The notes beneath the pieces were generated by a model. That model was not told the origin of the DNA. It ran no database searches and saw nothing but the letters and a program-made list of their open reading frames with translations. From Lama glama (taxonomy: Eukaryota), in NCBI GenBank assembly GCA_028534125.1, contig CM052816.1, positions 41,418,001-41,482,000 on the forward strand: a DNA stretch of 64,000 nt, given 5' to 3'. Numbering within the stretch: the stretch's first letter is position 1; each line of letters begins with the position of its first letter. Position numbers and translations under genes: made by a program. Shown piece after piece: positions 51,200-62,932 of the stretch.

Positions 51200-52740
51200 A
51201 AACTCCAGGCTTTACTTGGATTTTATTGGTTTTTCCATTAATGCCCTCATTCCTTTCCAGGATTCAATCCAGGGTACCATATTGCATTTAGTTGTTAGCT
51301 GTCCCCAGTGTCTTCTTATCTGTGAAAGTTTAAGTCTTTCCTTAATTTCCTTAACAGTCTTGAGACGTACTGGCCAGGTATCCTGTAGAATGCCCCCCAA
51401 TTTGGATTTGTCTACTTTTTTTGTTAGGATAAACTAGAGTTATTAGTTACCAATTATTAGGAAGAATATCACAGAGATGAAGTGCTCTATTGATCACATC
51501 ATGTAGGGAGCATAATATCCACTTGACATTATGATGATATTAACCTTTATCTCTTGGCCAAGAGAGTATTTACCATGTTTCTCCACTGCAAAGTTACTGT
51601 TTTTCCCTTTCCACACTGTTTTCTTTGGAAGCAAGTCACTATGTCTAGCCCACTCTCACGGGATGTGGTAAGTGGTGAGGTGGGTGAGAATTAAGTTCTG
51701 TCTCCTGCTGGCAGGGAGTATTTACATAATATTAAGTGGAATTCTTCTGCAAAGATGTGATTTCTTCTTTATTAATTCGGTCATTCATTTATATAAGCAT
51801 GGACCTATGTGTATTTTATACTTTGGGTTATAATCCAACAGGTTAATTTTGTTGCTCAGATTGGTTTAGCCTTGCCTATTAGGAACTCTCTTTCAAGTTG
51901 GCTTCCATATTCTTTAACGCACTCCCATTCTTCTACCCTAAAATCAACTATTTCTCCAAAGATCCCTGGTTACTTTTATTGGAGAAAAGAGTATGAGAAG
52001 CTAAGATTTTGGTGCTGAGTTGCTACTCAGGTGTTACTGCTTCTAGGTCCTCTCAGTACACAGAACATACAGAGCTAGTTTATGCCTATATATATGTATG
52101 CACACACACACATACATATATCTATAGTTGTTAGTAATTTCTATATCTGTCCATCTGTATACATGTTAAGGTAACAGGAGTTTGTACTGTTGTCTCCAAC
52201 TCTAATCCTATTCAGAATTAGATCCTAACTACAGAATTCATCCCTAACCTTCCTCTCCAATAGAGACAAACCTGACTCCCACCATCTACCATCTACCATC
52301 TACCATCTACCATCTACCATCTACCATGCATGCACTTCAACCTCAGTGTGTAAGTGAAGCAGTTTCGGAATTTTTAGGCCATACTTCCAGAAGAAACAAA
52401 TTTACCAATTATAGTGTTTATGTACAGTAGTTCCTATTGTATTTAGCCTTATAGTTTCTAGTCAAAACCTTGTTTTCCAAAGTTACTCAAGTTAACTTTC
52501 CTCCTCTCCATCCCCCTTCATTGTGGTTATGTCATTAATTTGTAACAAAGTTAGATGAATGTCACAGTTTACATTCCATCCGGGGATCCTCAGCCACATG
52601 AGTTGATGTTTTAGACTTGCTTATGTTATATTTACTTTGGTACACAGTTTTATGGGTTTTGATAAATGCATAGATTCATTTATCCTCTACCCCAGTACTG
52701 TACAGAATGAAAAGTTTCATCCTAAAAGTTCCCCTTTGTG
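51200..52740 (-). mobile_element. L1MC/MD-type 3' region relic
   Basis: TTCCAGGATTCAATCCAGGGTACCATATTGCATTTAG...TACTGGCCAGGTATCCTGTAGAATGCCCCCCAATTTGGATTTGTCT. Confidence 0.8.
52281..52327 (+). repeat. Perfect heptamer tandem repeat (ACCATCT) x ~6.7
   Basis: ACCATCT repeated six times plus ACCAT, read directly. Confidence 0.95.
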
Positions 52741-55163
52741 TCCCAGATCTACTGAATCAAAATTTTCGCTTTAACAAGATTCCCAGATGTGTAGGCATGT
52801 TAAATTTACATGCATGTATGTGAAGCTATTCACCTGGAGTCATTCAGTATCTTGCCATGTTTTAAAATTATAGATTAAGTTGAAGAAGGATTATTTTGAC
52901 CTAAAGGTGATAATGGAATAGCCAGGTTTAAATACGCAATCAAGGAAGTGAGTATATTCAAACTCACGGGGTTGCATAGAAAATGGAACTGGGCAAAATT
53001 ACTACAGTGAGGTAATGGGCTATATAGGAAGTTTTCATGGAACTCTCTAACTCTTTAACTAAAGTTAACTTTTAACTTTAACAATGATGAGAAATGATGT
53101 GATTTGGGAAGAAATGAAAAACAAATGGTATATCTTCAGAAGCATGATGGAGAGGAAGGATTTTACAATAAATAAATATAGAAGTGAAATAAATAAGTAC
53201 AAGTTCCCTCATACAGAGAATGTGTTTGACATCTTTAGCTTTGCAGTTCTTTACCCTGAGGTTTATTCAGTGTTGCACTGAAGTTTTTGAATGGTTTAGT
53301 CCCAGGTGGAGGAAGGAGAAAGAGGAGCTGAATAAACACTACATGTATTGAGAGATACCCATTGGGTTGGGGGTGTGTATTACCCATGTGAATGGATTGG
53401 TCAGAACCACTGGTTTGAGAGCGGGGCTCTAGAAATCTTTTGTACTAGAATCAAGTTCTGGTAAATGAACGTCTGGGAAAATTGCTTTTTATAATTAGGA
53501 GTATATTATCTGTCACTGTGACATGAGGTGACTGCTTAGAAGTCAGCTTTAAACAAATGCTAACCTGAAGTTGAAAATTTCTTTTATCTATTGAGATCTA
53601 AGTTATTGAGATTAACATACAGAGACATGAAAAGTTCTGATTAAACAGTACTGGCTTCTGGGATCCACTGTCTACAATATCTATCAGAGCTGAGGTATAA
53701 GGCACAAAAATTGTGGGAAACTCTTACAGAAAACCGTTCCCCTTAACTGTTCACATCTTTCCTGTTACTGCTTTCAGAAATACAGTTCCCTGTCATCTTC
53801 AGATACTTAATTTAGATGGTTGGGCAACTACTAAGTAGTGGATACCATCAGATGCTAAACTCTGAGATTCTTTAAAGCATATAATCAAGAAAGAGAAAGA
53901 GACTAAGTGTTAAATATTTGTAGTATCAGATAGGTATCATAAATACAAAGAGAGAACAGTCTGCAGCAAGCAGTTCAAAAGTAGGAGACAGAAGTTTGAT
54001 CATAAGGCAAATGCTTAATCTCTACATCAAGCCCAGTATCAGAATAAAGTTTTGTGGGGTTTTTTGGTTTGTTTTTGAGAGAGCGTTTAAAACCCTGGTA
54101 GGCTTAAATTTTATGCATGTTAAAAGTCCTGGTAATGTGGCTTTTATGGTGGTGAGGTGTTTTGACAGGCTTAGGAAAAGCAAAGAGTAATTTTTACACC
54201 CAGGAAAAATGTTAGAAGGCAATAAATACTGTGCTAAAGAGTTTTTATGTAAAGAATTGGGACCATTGGAGAAGAGTAGAATTGGTCTTAATTTCCTCCA
54301 AGAAGGCTATTCTTGTTTTTATGCTGGAAGTAGATTATAATATGATTATTGCCATCTGATACAACTACTGCAGTATCCCCAGTTCTGAATTACAAAATCC
54401 TGAATTACTACATTAATAAAAAGAAATTGGACTTGAAATTTTATAAGAATTATAATTAGCTGTACATGAGTCCTGAAAATGTAAATAATCTTACACATTC
54501 CAGTTTTAGCATGTATTTTTGTTCCAAAGGATTGATGTAGTGTGGAGTAGCTCATCTCAGTTATACTGTTCTTACATTGATCATTTCACTTTTTTTAACT
54601 AAATGACTCAAAGTATTGGAGGTTGTTCTTATGTGTAGCACACTCCATGGCTATATGCAGAGTGATGAAATACCAAATTACAAATAACTTTGTTAGAAAG
54701 TAAAGCATTTATTGCTGGGAACTTTGTTTTCTTGTGACAGTATTCATTGAAGTAATTTAAAAACATAAATATTTTTAAAACCTTTTTTTAAAAGGAAAAT
54801 CAAATATTAATTTCTTTAAAATTGAACTCTTAAATGTAAATGTTTATTTTATTGTTTGTGCTAATTTAAAAATCACGGATAATTTCAAGCATATGCAGAA
54901 GTAGTAGTACAGTGAACCCTCATATATACATCATCTAGTGTCAGTATATTTCATCTCATGGCCAATCTGGTTTATTCTGTAAATCCTACTTACTACTCCT
55001 TCCCTCAGTTATTTTGAAGATTGTTTTGAAACATATAATTTGTACATGTGTTAGACTTGGTAGTACTAATGGGGAAAAATAAATGTTATTAAGTTTGCCT
55101 ACTTATTATAAATGATAGAATTAGAGGTTTTAATCATATCATTAATACTGTAATAAATTTCTT

Positions 55164-55406
55164 TATATATTTTTTATTGAAGTATAGTTAGTTTACAATG
55201 TGTCAATTTCTGATGTACAGCATAATGCTTCAGTCATACATGAATAAACATATATTTGTTTTTATATTCTTTTTCACCGTAAGTTACTACAAGATATTGA
55301 AGATAGTTCCCTGTGTTACACAGTATAAACTTGTTTTTTATCTATTTTATATATATTGGTTAGTATCTGCAAATCTCAAACTCCCAATTTATCCCTTCCC
55401 ACTCAA
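55164..55406 (-). mobile_element. Short young LINE-1 3' UTR insertion
   Basis: TTTTATTGAAGTATAGTTAGTTTACAATG...CTCCCAATTTATCCCTTCCCAC. Probable TSD TAATAAATTTCTT 55151-55163 / TAACAGATTTCTT 55407-55419. Confidence 0.9.
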
Positions 55407-56809
55407 TAACAGATTTCTTATGTATTTTATAAAATTTATTTAGTGACTCTCCATATGGACATAGTCCTTATTTCTCATCTGATTCCCTGAATGCTTACTA
55501 GAGGAACTTTTGAGTTTACTGTCTTTCTTTCAGATTCAACATGACTAAAGATTCAGCTATCTTTGAAATTAGTCATGGTAAATGTTACCTTTCCTGTATC
55601 TGTTTCTAGCAGTTATATTCTCATTTATTCAGTTAGAGACTTTAAGATGATAGAATAATACTGTACTTTAAGGAGAGTTTACTTTATAAGTGGAATTTTG
55701 TCTTTGATTGATAATTTAGAATGCTAAAAGAGCTGTTTTGTTTGCTATTCAGTACCTAATAATGACACTAACTGGTTTTTGAAACCATACAGTTGGATAC
55801 TTCGCAGATTTTCTGAAACCTTTGATAGTTATTTTATGGCTTGTAGTAAATGATAAGGCGGATAACAAATTCTAATACAATGTAATTTTATAGAATTTAA
55901 AGGTGGGCTGATCTTAGTCATGATCTAGCTGAACCCTTCTCATTTTCTAAGTAATTTGCTCTAGGCTAATATATTTTAGTGAAATCAATACCTTAGAGTC
56001 ATAATGGATTTTTTTTTAATGAAAGAGAATAAATATAAATTGGAATAGAAAATAGTGTTCCATTTTAGAGTATTTCATCAGGTTTTTGTTATGTTTACCT
56101 GTGTATATGTGTATTGCATCATGATATGAAATGTATTTATATAACTCAAGGTTCAAAAAGTTTAAAAGCCATTGCCTTTGGCCACTAATTTTTTAAATTG
56201 TAAGTATTCAATACCTACGAATTTCTATATTGTTTCTCTAGGCCTGTTGAAGTGATAATGGTCTATAAAAATAAAATAAAGTCCCCAATTTAATGAATTC
56301 CAGGATGTGTTTAGAAGAGAGATACATGTATAAACATAATTGTAATATTGTGAAGGAATTATTAGTAACATGTGAACAAAATTCTGTGAACACGTGGGCT
56401 AGAACAATGACCTGTCCCTGGAGAAATTGGAGAGCGTAACATGAAGGATATGATGTTTTGGGGTAATTTTAGAGTGAGAAATTTTATAAGTTGCTTCAGA
56501 GAGGTGTTCTCCAGAGAGAAAAGTGTGAGGAATACTACCGATAACTAGCTCTAAAATCACTCCCTCCATGAAACCTTGCCCCCTAATTTCAATTGCCCCA
56601 TCTCTAGTTCCTCAATCAGGAATTGATCAATCCTTATACCTTTAATTCTCGTAAGCTATACTTTTCCCGTGGCATTTTGTTTGTACTAACTCTTGCTCAG
56701 TACGTCTTAGTTGAAGAGATAATCAAATGAATTCAAATTACACATGTACAAAACTTATTTCAAAAATGTTTATTGCACAAACCTTATTACAGCATATTAG
56801 AGAACCACT

Positions 56810-57190
56810 TAACATGCTATATATATTAGAGTCCTCAAAACACAGGGTCTCAAAAGTAGTTATTTCTTTTTCATTGTTAGGTAAGTGAGTGCTTCCCCTT
56901 GAGGTTATCCAGGTACTCTGGCTAGTGGGAGCAGCTTGGTTGTCCTTAACATGTGGCTTCTATTGCTCCAGTGCTTGGCATTTTCAGCCATCAGGAAGAT
57001 GGGAATTGGGGGGATTTAAGGCAAACCAGTTCATGTTTAAAGCTGAGATGTAGAAATTTCACATCACTTCTAGCCATATTCCATTGGCCAAAACATGTTC
57101 ACATACATGGCCACCCCGGCTGAAAAGAGATACTGGGAAGTCTATAATCTGTATCTGGGTGGGCATGTGCTATTTAAAACTGGAGTGCCA
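56810..57190. mobile_element. MLT1-type LTR relic
   Basis: CACATCACTTCTAGCCATATTCCATTGGCCAAAAC...CATGGCCAC...CTGGGAAGT. Confidence 0.6.
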
Positions 57191-58138
57191 GTTATGTTAT
57201 ACCAAAGAGCAGATAGGAAGTAGATACTGGGTGAGTGAGGAGGGGCAAGTAGACAACATTCATAGGGCACAAACATTAAAGGAGTATTACTAAAGCAGAC
57301 TTTGAAGTAATGATTCTGATTTTGAACTCAGGAAAGAAAGTCAAAATTTTTTTTATTCTAATAGCTTCTAGTATATATTAGACAATATGCTTTATACCTT
57401 TTTTTTAATATTCACAGTAATCCTTAAGTATGTTTATTATTTCTATGTGATAGAAACCTGACACTTACCTAATAAGTGTACATATATAAGTATAACGAGA
57501 AGAAAGGGTTGGAGGCTAGAAGAAAATAAGTCAGGGTTGACCCTCAGAACATCAAGTTAGTCCTGAGTTTTCCCACAAGTGTCTGTCAAAAAATTCTTTC
57601 AAAAACTCCCTCAAAGAAGTCCTTTTTAATGGCATTGACAATTAAGCAGTAGTTAAGGAAGGGATCAAGAAATAAAATGAGAACTTAGTGTAGTGTGCTT
57701 GTTCTTTAGAGTAGTAAATACAGTTCTTTGATTGTGTATTTATTACTGTATTTGTCAGGCACACAATCCTCTACTGTAATATATCAGTGGAAAATTAGTT
57801 TACCATCTATCAGAGTATCCTATAATAGTTCTTCTTCTCCCTAGAGGCTAAATTCATCTAAATTCTACCAGTTAAAAAAAAAATAGGAAAGAAAAAGGAG
57901 GGAAATAGGATATATTAGAAAGTAAATCCTTATATACTAAGAATAAAAGTAAATAAATGAATAAATTATATAATAGAGTTAGGATGAAATCATTGGTCTA
58001 AGCCTTTGATACAGGTAGTCTAATTACATATGGTGTTTAAATACAGTCTTTTCTTTTTTCTTGTATGTTAGTCCTTTTGTTCTGAGATGTTTTCTTCATT
58101 CCTCCTCAGTACTTCTATACCCACTTCAGTATGACTTT

Positions 58139-58178
58139 CTCTTGTTTTATTTTTTAACATTTTTTAATTGAATTATAG
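58139..58178 (-). mobile_element. Ultra-short (~40 bp) LINE-1 3' tip insertion
   Basis: T-rich tail plus TTAATTGAATTATAG, flanked by a perfect 13-bp TSD TCAGTATGACTTT at 58126-58138 and 58179-58191. Confidence 0.75.
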
Positions 58179-60513
58179 TCAGTATGACTTTGTTTTGACT
58201 TTAATCTGTTTCAGGATTTATTAGGGCCAGTTTCTTCTATTGGGATCTGGTCGGTGGTAAGGAAAGCAGCTGCTCATTGCTACTTTCTTAGAAGGTCATT
58301 CAATATTTTACTCATTCTTCCTCTATATCCCATTGCAGACTAGTTTCCAATTCCTGAGATAAAAAGCATATTTTTCCTCATAATCTATAAGAATCTTTGT
58401 TTATTCATTTGAGAATACATCATTCTCAAGTACCCATTATGTTTATTAGTGTTTTTTTTAGTTCAGAGGACTGATTTGAGTGGAGAGTTAAGTATAAAGA
58501 AAGGTATTGCTATTCTGTCATAATGCTGTGCTGAGTGAACAAAGACTTTCACTCCAAAGCACTTTCTACCCACAAACACATCTGTTCTTAGAAACAATGG
58601 TCAGTACATATACTGTAAACTAAGGAAAAATGTGCAATAATTGCATTTATGTATTTACATGCAATATAATGTATATGTGCAATCAAACTGTAATAGATCT
58701 ACCTAATAAACCTGAAAAAGAAAAAAAAGCAAGTTAAAAATAAAATGATTTGAGATTAAAAAAAAAGAAAGAAAATGCTAAATAATACAGAGCAAAGGGA
58801 AAAAATGTAGGTGCACAGCTGAACTTTAGAGGAAACTTTCATGTGCCAGGAACAGAAGGGAACTTAAAGAGCAGTAAGGAGCACCTAGTAAGCTCTGAGC
58901 AAACATGGCAACACAGAGGGGATTTGAAAGGATACAGGCCCTCTAGACAGGAGGCTGAGGTTGATGTTGGAACTAATTTGACTACAGAATTAAGTTTCCT
59001 TAAAGCTGGGACCCTGGAAGGGTTGTCTCCTCTGAAAATGGTCTATAAAAACTCCTTGTATGTGCCTTCAAGGATTTTTGTTGTTGTTGTGAAGATAAAA
59101 TGGAATTTAGTATCAAAGTATTTTGAAAGCTATGGAGATATTAAAACATTTGTCTTAATTAGAGTATAAATAAGAAAAAGTACAATAAGGGCCAAACAGC
59201 TAAAATAAATGAATGAAACTGTCCAGGTATAAGACATCTGTTTAGGGGAGGTGACTAGTGAATTGGAGAGCATATACATCATCGAAAGGAACCAGTGCTA
59301 CTAAGAGTAGACAGTTGTGACTCCATGGGAAGTGGGTCTAGTGTTTTCAGATCCTCTTCAAAGAAAAACTTCTTAAAATTATTTTTCCCAAAGCAATTTT
59401 CAATTAGATGATTTGGAGGATGAAAAAACCCAAATGAAGAAAACTAGAGTCAGAAAAACCAGGAGTAAGAATAAGAAAATTCCTGTGAAAGACTTTGGCT
59501 TATGTTTTTAAATGAAAGGTAATGAGGAGGTACTATTCACAAATATATTTTCAGAGTGTATCTATAGGTAGGTGGGATGAGGATTAACACATTTTCCAGG
59601 TACAGAGAGCTGCTTTATATCAAGGCTGTGAGGTGAGGAAGCATGGCAAATTTAAGGGCTGAAGGAAGTCAAGTGAGACTAGGGTACAGAATACAGATAA
59701 GAAAGTAGTTTTAAGATAAATCAGAGAGGTAGGCCGAAAGCAGAGTTTAGTCGTTTTATGCTAAGATCAGAGGTAAGCCGTTAAACCCCACAAGGTGCTG
59801 GCTTCACCATGTGATATGGGACGGGGCCCAGGCATATGTAATTGAAAAATTGGAGCGGAATGATCATCTTGATGTTGGTTAGAGTTTGAGAAGCATTTCT
59901 CTAAGCTGATCCCTAGATACAGAATTGTAGCATTTTAGTTACATGGAACTCATAAGGAAGTAGTAAACCACTGATGACAGCTGCACTAAAGCTCCTAAAA
60001 ACTTAACTTGGAAAAAAAACAATTTAAAAATGGATTTAATGTCTTTCTTACTGAGCAGAATATTAATTTTTTGTGGTCATTCAAGTTATTAAGAACATTG
60101 ACTTATCATAACCTTGGGAATATTAGAAAAGCATATTGGCTTTTATACTAAAAGAACCTACGCAAATGTGAATTTTAAGCGCTCTTCCTACTGTCAGACA
60201 GCTGGAAATTTTCAAGGCAAATCTGAAAGGACCAAAAAAGGGAGCATCTCCTAGCTGAATCAGCCCTTATTGAATAGCCTTCTGGGAAGTACAACCCAAC
60301 ATTTTGTCAGAACTTTAATAGCCACACATAGCTACAGGGAGTTTCTGCTGTGCACTTTTTTATATAGGGTAGACTGTAACACTGGGATTTCTGTTACTAA
60401 GGAGAACAAGGTGACATTCTGAGTTCAGAGACTGGCAGTTTCTGAGGCGGCTGTTCTATTACAGTTGGTCTTTGATTTCCCTTCCTTAGTATTTTTACCT
60501 TTTTATGTTTCTT

Positions 60514-61986
60514 TCTTTCTTTTTTTTTTATTAAGACCTTTATTAACAGGTGCTTGTAGTTTGTTGACTTTCTTTTTTTGAAAAAATCAAGCTGTAAACT
60601 TTTATTACAAATTAAAAATGAGGTTCTTAAAAATCTCAACTCGACCAGATATGAACCAATTTAAAAACCTTTAAAGGTGTATTGAGAAAAACCAGGCTTT
60701 TTTTTTTTTAAACATGTTTGTTGTTACCAAAAAGAGACGTCTTTAGGTAAAAATAATAAAAACCCCATGCTGCATAGATAATGCAGATAGTTCTAGTTAT
60801 CTGGTCAACAGGCAAAAAGCAAGCACTTAAGGTCTTCAGCTTCAATCTTTTGTTCATTTCTTATTGCTGGAATTTCATATTCATTTCTTCTTGTTGGATG
60901 ACTAAACCAGATGATGGTAGAGATGGTAGGCCGGCATTTACTCAGCCCCACCCTGCTCAGCCTCAGGAGTGGACGAATTCTCAGCTGGTGGATCAGCTGC
61001 TTTTGTCTCTTTGCCATCTTGTAGCTTAGGGTTTTCTGGGCATCTGCGTCGGTAATTGAAGTTGCGGCGGTACCGACGTTGAGGTGGCTGCTGACCCTGG
61101 GTCTCATCTCCTTGATTTTCCTTATCTTCTTCATTGCCATCCTCTCTGGGCTGTCTTTGGCGAGGAGGGCCCCCTCGGAATCGTGATCTATAACCCCGAT
61201 ACATGTTCTGCCTCACTGGTCTACCTTGTTCTCCTGCACCCTGGTTGTCAGCACCCTCCATCACTTCTCCCTGCACAGGAGGGTTGGAATACTGTGGTCG
61301 ACGCCCACAGGGCCTCCGCATGTAGTAAGGTGGGAACCTCCGCCTACGGTAGGGCCGGCTCTGCTGGGCCTAGCCTTCGGGAGCGCTCTCTGATCCCCCA
61401 TTCTTTTCCCCACTCTCACCATTCTGGTAGTTCTGCTGGTAATTGCGTGGAGGACCCCTGCGACTTCTATAGCGTCTATAATGGTTATGGTCTGCTGCAT
61501 ATTTACTGCCTTGCACTGGAACTCCACCAGGGCCTGTAATATTTGCTGCCTCTGCACCCTTTTCTCCTTCAACAACATCAAACTCCAGTCTCTCCATCTC
61601 CTATACTGCGAAGGTACTTCCTGGGGTTATTCTTCTTTATGGCAGTCTGGTGTACAAATACATCTTCCTTGGTGTCATTCCTGTTGATGAAGCCATATCC
61701 GTTTCTTACATTGAACCATTTTACTGTTCCTAAAACCTTCGTTGCGATGATCTTGTCCCCGTCGGCAGGCATCTCCGATGTAAGGCCTCCTGGGCCGCTG
61801 CTGGTGCCGGGCTTGGTGTCAGCAGCGCCGAGGGCAGGGGCGGTGGGGGGCTGCTGGGTCTCAGCCTCACTGCTCATGGTTGCGGTGATGGTGACTGGGG
61901 ATGGCTGCGGCTCCTACCGGGGTGTGATGGTAACTAGGCCTGCGGCGGCGGTGGGTCTGCTCTCCGCTCCCGCTACCGATCGAACT
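60514..61986 (-). pseudogene. YBX1: Full-length processed pseudogene of Y-box binding protein 1, antisense in CHD1 intron 2
   Basis: Intronless. ORF pieces [11 protein letters not shown]...[74 protein letters not shown] and ...PEAEQGGAE*. Both UTRs present, AATAAA at 60539-60544 (minus), poly(A) remnant 60514-60529. Frameshift at ~61587 and premature TAG at 61370-61372. TSD at 60498-60513 and 61987-62002. Confidence 0.97.
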
Positions 61987-62764
61987 CCTTTCTGTATTTC
62001 TTAAGGCAAAGCTTTATGTAGTTCTTACTTATTTAGTTTGGCCATTTTATTGACTGATTTTAGGTATTTTATTTTTCATACCACTGAATGTTTACTTACT
62101 TGCTTGTTTCATATGCATTTGACTTCAGCAGCTTTAAAATTTTCTACTTTTTGTACGTTTTACTACCTGCATATGAGATTTCACTATTTTAAATATTTGT
62201 GACAAAAGCTGTGGTATTGGAAAAATTTCATTTGTTTATTAAAATTTTAATTTTGAAGTGATTTGAAATTACAGAAAAGTTGCAGGAATAGTACCAGTAA
62301 CTTTGCCCAGATGTACTAATTTTTACCTTTTTGCCACATTTCCTTTTTATTCTCTATATGTATATATACGCACATGATATGTGTAGTACGTATTTATTTT
62401 TCCTGAATTATTGAGAGTAAATTGCAAAAATCATGCCCCCTTTTGTGTATTTGTATTTGTATTTGTGTAATACTTAAGTTTATATTTTCTAAGAACAAAG
62501 GAATTCCCTTACATAAGCCCTGTATAGTTACTAAGTTCAGGAAATTTTACATTAATATAATACTTTAATCTTTAGTCTATTCCGGTTTGGTCAGTCATCC
62601 CAGTCATCTTTCAGTACAGGGTTCAGTTTAAAATTAAATACTGGATTTGGTTGTCATGTCTCTTTAATCTTCTTTAATCTGAAACATTTCCTCTTTCTTT
62701 GTCTTTCATGACAAGCATTTTAAAGGCCATAGGCTAGTTATTTTATTGAATATATTTTTTTAAT

Positions 62765-62932
62765 ATACTTTTTTTGTTTCTTTTCTTTCGGGGGGGCAGT
62801 ATTTTTGTTTATTTTTTGGCAGGGAAGGGTAGTTAGGTTTATTCATTTATTTTCTAATGGAGGTACTGGGGATTGAACCCAGGACCTTGTGCATGCTAGG
62901 CAGGCCCTCTACCACTGAGCCATCCCCTCCCT
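62765..62932 (-). mobile_element. vic-1-type tRNA-derived SINE
   Basis: Plus strand GGAGGTACTGGGGATTGAACCCAGGACCTTGTGCATGCTAGGCAGGCCCTCTACCACTGAGC. Approximate TSD AATATATTT(T/C)TT on both sides. Confidence 0.9.

Noticed and set aside
61084..62004. 151-aa and 153-aa plus-strand ORFs
   Set aside because: These are antisense shadows of the YBX1 coding sequence.
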